Counted from the first letter of the stretch, positions 17,801 to 25,392 are shown. The stretch is DNA of 28,253 bases from a virus (IMGVR_UViG_3300027608_000017), one strand, 5' to 3'. Translations and numbers: made by a program. Notes: generated by a model not told the origin, from the letters alone.

Positions 17801-20800
17801 GACTTTGCGTCACGTTTTTCTGACGCAAACCCCGACGCCTCGTGCTGCTCGCGCTGCTCGTCCGTCAGGTAGAACCGCACGTTGTGGTGTTCCGGCCCCG
17901 TGCGGCTGATGGCATCCGCATCCACCAGCGACTTGAGGGCGCGTGTCGTCGGGTTAGCCAGTGGGTCGAGCGCGTCGTGATCCGTGTGCCCCGTGTGGTG
18001 GTGGATGTCGGGCAGGCCAAATTGCCCGCCGTTCATCAGGTAGTTCTTGATCTGGTGATGCAGCTTGTCCGCGAACCGCCCTGCATCGTCGCGCGGGTGG
18101 GCCTCTTCGTCCCAATCGAACGCGCCTTGGCCGGTGGCGGGTTTGCGCGAGAACTGGTTCGTCTCTGCGTCGTGAGGAATCGTAATTCCGAACTTCTGTT
18201 GCAGTGGGACGACTCCACCAGACTCATCCCGATCAAATGCGTAGGCGGACTTGCCTTCGTAGTTGGCGGGGTGGCGAATCATCGCCTCGCGTGTCCGGAA
18301 GTCCTTGTTTCGACCAGCGTTTGCGTGGTATCCGAGTCCGCCATAGAACCGCTTCAACCTGCCGACCGACGACGCACCGAATGAATCGTCCGGCGTCAAC
18401 AAGACGCGCATTCCGTGCTTGTCGGCAAACCCATGCAGGTCATTCATGTAGGCCGTCCCTCGCCCTTGTCCGCGATGCTCCTTGGGCACCTTGACTGAAT
18501 GGAGTGTGATGTCTCCATTCTTGGCGCTCGCGAAACTTTCGACACCCGCCTCGCCCCACTTATCTCGGTGCGACTTGAGGGCGACGTTCGTTGCGTGGTC
18601 AACGTGTTTTTGCGCCGCGTGATTATCTCCGCTTGCCACTGCGTCGGAGTATCTCTGCTCGAATGGATGCGGAACCTCACTGTCACGCGACATCTGGACG
18701 GTTGACGGCGGACGTTGCGAAACCTGATACGTGGGTTTCCCAGACCACTTTTCTAGCTGCTCCCGCGCGGCGTCGTGCATCCCCCACTCGTCGTGTCCTT
18801 CCGGGTCTTGGGTCTCCGTGGCACCGCCGAACCCCTTCGGTTTGATGCTCAACCCCCTCGCGGACGAGTGTAGTTTATGCTGCGACTGCCAGGCTTCCTC
18901 TGGCGTCATGCCCTTCGAGTCTAAGACATCATGGAGCATCTGCCTGTATTTCGAGGCTTTGTCGAGTTGCTTCGGCCTCGTGTATTTGATGCCGTGCTTC
19001 TCAGCCAGTCTGCTCAGTTCGCTGAAGTCGTCGTCTTCGCGGTTGTGGCCATACGCGCCGTCCCGTTCAGGATCGAGCGCACTCACGCTGCCGACATCGT
19101 AGATCGCCGCGTTGCCGTTGTGGTCGAGTCCGGCCTGAACTTGATCGCCCAGCCTGTACCCGGCGCTGTGCATCCCCGAGAGCGTGTCCTGCAACTGCTG
19201 GATGTGCTTTTCGGTGAGCGGCGATGTCGTGTCCACCTTGGGCATCACAGCGAACGACCGCCCGTCATGGTTGACCCCGTACTGCGGCAGAATCCCGAGA
19301 ACGCCCTTGGAGCGGAGGTGCTTCGTGGCCTTGACTGAGTTGTCGATGATCGCGTTCGCTGCGTCTGGACTGCGTAGCCCGTTGCCCTCATGGTACGGAG
19401 TGATGACCGCCGCCTTCACGACCGTGCCGTTTCCGGCATCGTAGACCGCGTTGTCGTTCCCCTTGCCGATGTACTTCCCGCCGCCCGACAGGACGTGGTC
19501 GAGTGTCTTGTGGCCCGAGTTGGCGGGATGGCCCAGGTGCCCGTGGAGTTCATCCAAAAATCGCTCGACGTGCTGCGTTGGCGCGCGGAACTTCGACCAG
19601 TCCTTCCCGGCGTGGTCGAGGGTCACAAAATGCGTCAATCCGTCAGTCTTGCCCGTCTTGAGCGTCGCTCGGAACGGCGCGTTGGTGCGAGTCTCGGGGA
19701 TGTCCACTTGCCGCGTGCCGTCGTGTGCCGTCTCAATCTGCGGGCGTTTCGACTTCACGGCGTCGAACGGCAATTCCTGCTGCCCCGGCAGTGGCGATCG
19801 CCCGAACTCGACCGGCCCGAAGTCGCGGCTGAAGGTGATGCGGTTGTCCTGCGGGTCGAACGCCCCGCTGTTGCCGATGGCGGACTTGATCTGGTGGGGA
19901 TGGAAGGCGATGTGAAAGTCGTGTTCGCCAGATCGAGGGGCAAGCGGAGCGTCCATCTGCGTCTGCTTAATTGTGATTCCATCGAAGCCCTTCTTCGCCA
20001 TGTGCTGCCTGAAGTTCGCGAAGTCGTCTCGCGTCAGATGGCGAGGATGCGTGGCGGTGCTGCCGAAATGCTGTTGCACGACGGGAAGAATCCAGTCCCG
20101 CTTCATGGCGTGAAACGGGTCTTTCTCAAGGTCGCCACGCGTGTCACCGTCGTTGTAAACGCGAACTCGCTGGCCGTTGAGGTTCTCGTGCCTGTAGTCG
20201 CCCGCGTGCGGCTCGATAATGAGCGGCTTCTTAACGCTCAGGTAGACCGGCTTGATGTGCTGCCCGTGGCCTTGTCCGAACTCGCCAGCGACCTCTGGTT
20301 TGTTTGTGAAATAGTGCCCAAGCGCCGTTGTGCTGGCGGATGTCGTCCCGCCGAGCGCGTCGTCACTGAACTCGTCAAACAGCGCGTTCGTCCCGTGATA
20401 GACCACCTTGGGCGTCCCGTCTTCGTGAACCACATGGCTCCCCTCGTGCCACTTCTTGAACGCTGGTGTCTGCGTGTGGTGGACCTGACTCGGCGGATCA
20501 GCGCTAAACTCCACCGGCCCAAAGTCGCGGCTGAAGTTGGTCGAGTTTTCGCTCACCGTGTCGATTTGCTTCGGGTGAAACGCGACGATTTCATTGCGGC
20601 GAGCCACCCCCTCTGGTGACACCGAGTGGGAGATAACGCCGTCGTGTCCGTGTTTCGTCAGTGCATCCGTGAACTTCTGTGGCCCGTAGTGAAGGATCGC
20701 GAGTCGCAAGTTGCCCTTCTGCTTCAAGGCCGCAGAGAACTCAGGGTCTCCGATGGCGTTATCAACATGCGAGTTTTCCGCTGCCTCTCGTTTCTTCCAT

Positions 20801-23800
20801 TCGGGGTGCAGGGAGGATGTCTCGTGGATATTAAGTGGGGTTTGTAAGCGAACCTTCGCAGCAATGACTCGGTTTCCCCACTGCTTTGGATTCCCACCCT
20901 TGGCATAGAAGTAGTGACCGAATCCGAGATGCCCAAGGTTTCCGCTTCTGGCCCCCGCGCGGGATGCGTCGAAACCACTAAAACTTGCGTTCGTGCCGTG
21001 GTAAACAACAGACGGCGAACCGTCTGGCTCAACGAGCGCCCCGTGGTCCGAGACGCTGAACTCCACCGGCCCGAAGTCGCGGCTGAAGGTGATCCGGTTG
21101 TCCTGCGGGTCGAACGCCCCGCTGTTGCCGATGGCTGACTTAATCTGGTGGGGATGAAAGGCCGCGATTGTCTTGTTTTCACCGCTCCCGAGTATCATCC
21201 CGTCGTGCCCCTGCTTCTCCAGATGCGCGCGGGCATCCGCGTGTCCGTGTGCCCCAAACTGGCGGATCAATGGGCCGAGGCTCTCGGCGCGGTACGGATT
21301 CTTCAGGCTCAAATAGGCGGGGATCACATTGCCGCCCTCTTCGGCGTTCGTGGTGCCAGCGTATTCGTTCGCGAGCGATGGTGTTTCTGAGAAAAAGAAC
21401 GAGCCGCCCACGCTGTGCCAGCCGGGGCTTGTTTTGCTTTTGTCGAATGCTTCAATCGGAGACCGCGTCCCGTGGTAGACCACCTTCGGCTTTCCGTCCT
21501 CGTGAACCACATGGCTCCCCTCGTGCCACTTCTTGAACGCTGGTGTCTGCGTGTGGTGGACCTGACTCGGCGGATCAGCGCTAAACTCCACCGGCCCGAT
21601 CTCATCCAGTGACCGACTGAACTGGCCGACAGAACCGCCCACATGCCCGCGTCGATCTCGAAACGTCGCGCGGTCGTGGCCGTGTGTCGCCGTACCCAGA
21701 AAGCGCGAGTTCCCGTCGCGGAAGGTCAGTTGGTTCCCGTTCCGTGTGACGTAGCCGATGACGTGGCCTTCCCGGCTGCGGACCACTCCCCGACGTGACG
21801 GATCGCGGGCGAGGCGGGCGAGTGAGGCGAGACCATCCGCGCGACTGCCAGGCATGTCCTGAATCACCGCCTGAATCGCCGAGACCGAGACGCCGAGCGC
21901 CGCCGCAATCGACTCGACGGAATCGGAGCGGCTCCACGAACTCGGGTCGAAGGAGGTCTCGGCGGTATCTCCGGCCGGACTCCACTCGTCGGAATCAGAC
22001 AGCGACTCGTCCTCACTGTCGTCGCGGAAGTGAATCCCCTCTGTGCTGAAATCGCGAGGACGGCCACCGACGACCATTGATGCGGCTAGGTCCGCGATCT
22101 CACTGGATGTGCGCGACGGCATCTGCGCTGACCCTTCGCGAATCAGTTCCACCATCTTCCGCTGGTTGTCGGTGTCCCCGTATTGCCAGCCAAGCTCCGG
22201 GTGCGTGCGGAGCAGTGAGTCAGCCTTAATGTCCCCGTCGGGAATCTCGTCCTCGACGCTGCGGATCGTGTGCGCGTTCAAGCCCGTCAATCGCCGCGCC
22301 TCAGCCTTAGCGGCCTCCAATGGGAAGTTCGCCTCCGCGTAGGCCACCATCGCCCTGGGGATCGACGCAATCACCTCGTCGATGTCGGCCCCGTACACCT
22401 TGGCCGCGCGTCGAACCGCGCTGTCTTCCTCGGCCCCACGCTCCCATAGCCGCCGTTCCACTTCCTTGTGCCGGGCGATGTCTTGCTGACGCTGGTAGTC
22501 CGGGCGTGTCTGGCGGAGGTAGTCGTCCAGTTGCGCTTTCACCGTGTTGCGGGCCTCAACCAGCGGCTCCAGCTTATTGTTGAGCGCCTCCTTCACTCCT
22601 GCCTGCGCAATCTCGGCGCTGGAGTAGCCATTGGCCTTCAGGGCGGCGATGTCCACTCTTTTGGAGAGGAACGCATCGCGCAGTTCGCGGATGCGGGCGA
22701 TTTCGGCTTCCATCTGCTCAAGCTGAGGCTCCAGCTTCTCACCCGCTGCGTGGTCTGGCTGCGGCCTGTCCCCCAACCAGCTTGGGCGAGGCAGATCGTT
22801 CCCGAGAATCTGACTCAGGGGATTCTGCTTCCAGAACTGATAAGGCTTGGCTCGCGGGTCCAGTTCGGGCGCGGGCTGAAACGTCTCGGCGGGCTGCTGC
22901 GCAAGCCGCTCCTCGGTCTCCGCAGTGCGGGCGTCGTCCTCGATCCGCAGTTCGTGGCCGTTGCCGCCGTCTCGCGGGACGGAGTGCGCGGCAGTCACCG
23001 GCCGCGACGTGATCGGCAACCCCGTCTGGTCGTCGAACCCACGCGCCACGTCGATCGCCGAGACCGTCGGCACGGGATGCGTCTTCGCTGCCGCCATGTC
23101 GCGACGATAGGCCGCCACATGCTCGTCGCTGCCGAGCGCCTTGGCTTGGGCGGGTGTCAGTTCATGCCCGCGCACCCCCGCCGCGTAGGCGTGATGCTGG
23201 CGAGCTTCCCGTCGTTCCCGAGATTCGTCCGACTCGTCGATCAGGTCTTCGACTTCCTCGCCCAGCAGGCCGGGACAGCCCTTGTCGATCACCCCGTCGT
23301 CGTCCACATGCACGGATGAGCCGCCGACTTTCGTCCAGCCCGATTCCCCGTTGTCCGTCGGGGCTTTCTTCTTTTTCCCGGCCTTTTCTTCTTCCTTGAG
23401 AACGTCGTGGTGCGTCCGCTTCTTGTCGATCAGGCGTCGAAACGGCTGCGTCGGCAGGGTGTGCGACCGCCCGAATTCGACAGGACCGAACTCGTCATCG
23501 CGGGAGAAGGATTGCGTCTCGTGATCTTTCGCGGCACGCATGATGTCCCCGTAGTTGAGTGGGTTGCCCGTCTCGGGGTTGGATGTGCCGTGCCAGCCCG
23601 TGATCGACTTCGCGCCAGACATCTGCGCGGCGAGAAGTCTTCGTCGATTCGAGGACTGCATCACGCCGGGCTTACCATCCACGTCGTACACGCTGATCGG
23701 GGGCGGCTTGTGGCCATCCTTGAGCCAGTTGACGTAGGCCGTGACGGAGCCGCTTTTCTTCATGTGGGCGCGTTCGTAATCCGCCGACTGCTCATGTTCG

Positions 23801-24339
23801 CTGCTATTGAGCTTTGAGGGATCGAACTCTCTCAGGAAATCCACATAGGCTTCGTTGGTGTTACCCGTGGAGTGTCGAGGCCAGCCGATTCTCGCCGTCC
23901 CGAGTGGATGATCCTCGTAGTCAAGCGTCGGCCCCACGACATCGTGCATCTGGCTGCTGGGGGCGACATATCTGGCGCGCCGCGCCAGTTCGTCCGGATG
24001 CGTCTCCAGCACACTCTTGACGGCGGCGGGCGGGATGTTGAACCGCTGGGCAACAGCGTGATGCACCGGCGAGAACTCTTCGGCCTGTTCGTGAAACGCG
24101 AACTCCCCCTGCCCCGGCAGCGGCTTGGGCTTCTTCGCCTCCTCATCGGCGATTGACTCCAGCAGTGACGGCCGGGGAGCCACTGGCGTCTTCGGACGAC
24201 CCGGCGACGGCGCGCGTGGGGCGGCACTCGCCCCAAACAGCGACTTCTGCCCCGGCAGTGCGCCTTGGGAGAACTCCACAGAATCGCCCGTACAGTTCTG
24301 AAAAACAGCGGCGAGGGCGTCGAGATCGAGGTGGCTCAT
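14857..24339 (-). CDS. Giant polyvalent protein A (3160 aa): ParB-like, 3x ART-PolyVal, kinase, GNAT, wHTH-like, Zn site, KTSC
   Basis: Uninterrupted 9.5-kb ORF with domain motifs separated by FSR..GPVEF linkers. Confidence 0.9.
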   Translation of the reverse strand: MSHLDLDALAAVFQNCTGDSVEFSQGALPGQKSLFGASAAPRAPSPGRPKTPVAPRPSLLESIADEEAKKPKPLPGQGEFAFHEQAEEFSPVHHAVAQRFNIPPAAVKSVLETHPDELARRARYVAPSSQMHDVVGPTLDYEDHPLGTARIGWPRHSTGNTNEAYVDFLREFDPSKLNSSEHEQSADYERAHMKKSGSVTAYVNWLKDGHKPPPISVYDVDGKPGVMQSSNRRRLLAAQMSGAKSITGWHGTSNPETGNPLNYGDIMRAAKDHETQSFSRDDEFGPVEFGRSHTLPTQPFRRLIDKKRTHHDVLKEEEKAGKKKKAPTDNGESGWTKVGGSSVHVDDDGVIDKGCPGLLGEEVEDLIDESDESRERREARQHHAYAAGVRGHELTPAQAKALGSDEHVAAYRRDMAAAKTHPVPTVSAIDVARGFDDQTGLPITSRPVTAAHSVPRDGGNGHELRIEDDARTAETEERLAQQPAETFQPAPELDPRAKPYQFWKQNPLSQILGNDLPRPSWLGDRPQPDHAAGEKLEPQLEQMEAEIARIRELRDAFLSKRVDIAALKANGYSSAEIAQAGVKEALNNKLEPLVEARNTVKAQLDDYLRQTRPDYQRQQDIARHKEVERRLWERGAEEDSAVRRAAKVYGADIDEVIASIPRAMVAYAEANFPLEAAKAEARRLTGLNAHTIRSVEDEIPDGDIKADSLLRTHPELGWQYGDTDNQRKMVELIREGSAQMPSRTSSEIADLAASMVVGGRPRDFSTEGIHFRDDSEDESLSDSDEWSPAGDTAETSFDPSSWSRSDSVESIAAALGVSVSAIQAVIQDMPGSRADGLASLARLARDPSRRGVVRSREGHVIGYVTRNGNQLTFRDGNSRFLGTATHGHDRATFRDRRGHVGGSVGQFSRSLDEIGPVEFSADPPSQVHHTQTPAFKKWHEGSHVVHEDGKPKVVYHGTRSPIEAFDKSKTSPGWHSVGGSFFFSETPSLANEYAGTTNAEEGGNVIPAYLSLKNPYRAESLGPLIRQFGAHGHADARAHLEKQGHDGMILGSGENKTIAAFHPHQIKSAIGNSGAFDPQDNRITFSRDFGPVEFSVSDHGALVEPDGSPSVVYHGTNASFSGFDASRAGARSGNLGHLGFGHYFYAKGGNPKQWGNRVIAAKVRLQTPLNIHETSSLHPEWKKREAAENSHVDNAIGDPEFSAALKQKGNLRLAILHYGPQKFTDALTKHGHDGVISHSVSPEGVARRNEIVAFHPKQIDTVSENSTNFSRDFGPVEFSADPPSQVHHTQTPAFKKWHEGSHVVHEDGTPKVVYHGTNALFDEFSDDALGGTTSASTTALGHYFTNKPEVAGEFGQGHGQHIKPVYLSVKKPLIIEPHAGDYRHENLNGQRVRVYNDGDTRGDLEKDPFHAMKRDWILPVVQQHFGSTATHPRHLTRDDFANFRQHMAKKGFDGITIKQTQMDAPLAPRSGEHDFHIAFHPHQIKSAIGNSGAFDPQDNRITFSRDFGPVEFGRSPLPGQQELPFDAVKSKRPQIETAHDGTRQVDIPETRTNAPFRATLKTGKTDGLTHFVTLDHAGKDWSKFRAPTQHVERFLDELHGHLGHPANSGHKTLDHVLSGGGKYIGKGNDNAVYDAGNGTVVKAAVITPYHEGNGLRSPDAANAIIDNSVKATKHLRSKGVLGILPQYGVNHDGRSFAVMPKVDTTSPLTEKHIQQLQDTLSGMHSAGYRLGDQVQAGLDHNGNAAIYDVGSVSALDPERDGAYGHNREDDDFSELSRLAEKHGIKYTRPKQLDKASKYRQMLHDVLDSKGMTPEEAWQSQHKLHSSARGLSIKPKGFGGATETQDPEGHDEWGMHDAAREQLEKWSGKPTYQVSQRPPSTVQMSRDSEVPHPFEQRYSDAVASGDNHAAQKHVDHATNVALKSHRDKWGEAGVESFASAKNGDITLHSVKVPKEHRGQGRGTAYMNDLHGFADKHGMRVLLTPDDSFGASSVGRLKRFYGGLGYHANAGRNKDFRTREAMIRHPANYEGKSAYAFDRDESGGVVPLQQKFGITIPHDAETNQFSRKPATGQGAFDWDEEAHPRDDAGRFADKLHHQIKNYLMNGGQFGLPDIHHHTGHTDHDALDPLANPTTRALKSLVDADAISRTGPEHHNVRFYLTDEQREQHEASGFASEKRDAKSDGKPEEKPQAGPAGLTKREAIAKASANKSGDKGLSHDEMVHATYLYTGTAPQGWSAVAVKGMKEVEGDKGEGVTVPEFEMPSGYKPVPVVWDGGPQSACCGLCGHDIKNIYYIQNDAEKWTMGVGSECVTKFGEGDSGERLAKKAVWAANRDFLSNVWETFDTLGHRFGDTDKHGQHHTHLGSSAPFWKIMAESGVKNHNEITAAQRKAFESAAAKINTVYGQLKKLLYNSSGAPVTHAGKKIVSRNYIDATRGYKDSTAHYDASKDAAITAWTKRNAEEARKLIGEVDEILRSLPESKKAEKPQSFSREDDFGPVELFGDSEEFGPVEFARKPAKGQVAFDFESPVESHLDDAPGENVATKQDQLFDVQESDVPPEHHEEAKALSAKHGGGEVRRLKNGDWQLRAPIGGKVSEVNGVFYIGGRFMPIHGIDSQAAKKLKPKREKSKGDLFTPPKPNENGRQREKRVEMTPDEIAAEKERREEQRQWNEIASGPLGRLLDLKAEPRYEGATPILDEWLRLAEKIGKEGIAKLKDRLEPEVHSSMEAAWKPIIERDAAITDEEWKKSHYGSRRSADDIEWEKNELHNRADRWASGKPRIYKAHEKLVPGSHYVQELLSELMNDTHKQDKGGFIPRLKKYSDMLAALVPAPLISPAEARQHGYFGNKFDGRTAEGKKVKAGDGWVKKNADGKYETFTDEQVRDAIKPAEFSRSLDSIGPVEFAADSEEFSRDLADFAPVEFGLMDWFRKKPTPPTPQTPPSSAPAGDEPEQVHESKWSPEVPVESSNVHSYSWEKQGNEGQGNMIVRYKNKEGGSGPVYRYIGTPKSVYEGMEAAPSKGGFVWDRLRVRGSKVAHQYPFSLAGTGATDYIPRAASLRRGFKGEHYIERSFQGRKSELAPGTTTGRPAERLDGYDPGKLTFKPSPPSPSLPKPATPQPPAPSKTSSLISKVASFFRKPKTPREFSRDEIEAFELMLADAAARD
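15265..15470 (-). other. KTSC domain
   Basis: VESSNVHSYSW...IVRYK...VYRYIGTPKSVYEGMEAAPSKGGFVWDRLR. Confidence 0.75.
18265..18565 (-). other. GNAT acetyltransferase domain
   Basis: ITLHSVKVPKEHRGQGRGTAYM (motif A)...LKRFYGGLGY. Confidence 0.8.
19080..19500 (-). other. Protein-kinase-like domain
   Basis: YIGKGNDNAVY (Gly loop), VVK, MHSAGYRLGD (catalytic Asp), IYDVG (DFG-like). Confidence 0.65.
19804..19907. repeat. 104-bp direct repeat, copy A (copy B at 21058-21161)
   Basis: 5 mismatches, all at synonymous third codon positions. Encodes FHPHQIKSAIGNSGAFDPQDNRITFSRDFGPVEF. Confidence 0.95.
20423..20520. repeat. 98-bp perfect direct repeat, copy 1 (copy 2 at 21500-21597)
   Basis: Identical DNA encoding GPVEFSADPPSQVHHTQTPAFKKWHEGSHVVHE. 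Confidence 0.95.
21058..21161. repeat. 104-bp direct repeat, copy B
   Basis: See 19804-19907. Confidence 0.95.
21500..21597. repeat. 98-bp perfect direct repeat, copy 2
   Basis: See 20423-20520. Confidence 0.95.
23590..23800 (-). other. ParB/Srx-like domain (degenerate)
   Basis: KDGHKPPPISVYDVDGKPGVMQSSNRRRLLAAQMSGAKSITGW resembles P.PI.V......[DN]G.[HR]R..AA...G...I. Confidence 0.5.
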
Positions 24340-24345
24340 CGGGTG

Positions 24346-25326
24346 TCAGTCCTGCTGGGTATCTTCTCGGAACCAGTCTTCAAGCGTCGCTGTGACATCG
24401 CCAACCGGCAGGATGATCTGGTTGGCTGATGTGGCCCACGAGAATCCGCCGCTGCTCGCGTTGTGACGCCTCTCTTCAGATTCGGGGACGTAATGGTCGG
24501 AGACGCGGAACCTGTGCCCCGTGTCGCGATTCTTGTAATAGCGGGAAGACCCGCTTTGGTTCTCCAATTCGTAGCCTCTAGCGACGAGCCAGCCGTTCGC
24601 CTCTTGCTGCTGCCGAGATAGCTTCTCGGATTCCCGCCGCTCTGCCTCGGCACCAATTAGCGCATTGCCCATTATGTGCCGATAGTGCATTCCAGCGCGG
24701 CCGGATTTCATGACCTCGTAGGCAGCTTCTTTGACGGGTCCGGTTGCGTTTTCCATGACGTGCGAAAGTGCCGAGTCGCTCGCCGAGCGAAGCGATTCGG
24801 ATGCTGCGGAGACTTTGTTTTTCCGCCCGCTCGCCAGCGAGGCGGCTTGATTGGCGGAATCTAGGGCTGACGAAAACTCCCCCGCATTCTCCGGCTGCCC
24901 CCGTGGATGATCGGCTTCGTTCCACGCCGAGAACTCCACCGGCCCGATCTCGTCGAGGGAGCGAGAGAAGGACTGCGGAGTGGCGGGCTGCGTTCGGCTG
25001 AACTGGACGCAGCGCAAGTGACGCGCCGCTTCGTGTCGTTCACGGATGCCGTCCATGAGCGCCGAAATTCGCACCAAAGGATCATGGTCGCGACTGAACT
25101 GCCGCCCACCGTTCACGATCAGGCCGATCCGGTCGATCAGGTTCAATCGCTCCGGCGGCAGGACATCGGGATTCCGTCCGTTGTGCCAGACCGCCTTGTC
25201 GTAGGCGTGCATCTCGTTTCCGAGTTTCAGGTACGCCGCCTTCTGCTGCGGGTCATCGCGCGCAACCTCCCAGAGGGCTTCATAGTCCTCTCCATGAAAA
25301 ATCGGATACGTGTCTTCGCCAGCCAT
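24346..25326 (-). CDS. 326-aa protein sharing the FSR..GPVEF linker and WNEADHPR..GEF motif with the giant proteins
   Basis: AAGGA RBS before ATG 25326. The listed TTG start at 25383 overlaps a promoter-like sequence. Confidence 0.8.
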   Translation of the reverse strand: MAGEDTYPIFHGEDYEALWEVARDDPQQKAAYLKLGNEMHAYDKAVWHNGRNPDVLPPERLNLIDRIGLIVNGGRQFSRDHDPLVRISALMDGIRERHEAARHLRCVQFSRTQPATPQSFSRSLDEIGPVEFSAWNEADHPRGQPENAGEFSSALDSANQAASLASGRKNKVSAASESLRSASDSALSHVMENATGPVKEAAYEVMKSGRAGMHYRHIMGNALIGAEAERRESEKLSRQQQEANGWLVARGYELENQSGSSRYYKNRDTGHRFRVSDHYVPESEERRHNASSGGFSWATSANQIILPVGDVTATLEDWFREDTQQD

Positions 25327-25355
25327 TTTGCGTCCTTGAGTTCGTGAATCTGGCA

Positions 25356-25383
25356 ATTCTACCGCCGAGTCAGTCGCGATCAA
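25356..25383 (-). promoter_or_regulatory. Candidate sigma70 promoter TTGATC-N16-TAGAAT
   Basis: About 30 bp upstream of ATG 25326, at the head of the polyvalent gene block. Confidence 0.5.
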
Positions 25384-25392
25384 ACGCGGGAT

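Larger units (their letters stand above)
19834..21582 (-). other. Three tandem ART-PolyVal-like domains (about 21582-21088, 21057-20536, 20505-19834)
   Basis: Each has VVYHGT, an aromatic F/Y-F-S/T/Y strand, a L..P strand, G[HF]DG and AFHP.QI. Confidence 0.8.

Noticed and set aside
19804-21597. Repeat pairs as a diversity-generating retroelement template/variable region
   Set aside because: One pair is identical and the other differs only at synonymous third positions (coding C vs G/A/T), not at adenines. No reverse transcriptase is in the window.
6286-24156. Many long + strand ORFs (e.g. 7786-8865, 10924-12384, 15154-16644, 19390-20619)
   Set aside because: Antisense shadows of the giant - strand genes, expected in high-GC DNA. 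They are Arg/Val/Leu-rich with no motifs.
25327-25383. TTG 25383 as start of the linker protein
   Set aside because: It coincides with the -35 of a promoter-like element, and ATG 25326 has a good RBS.
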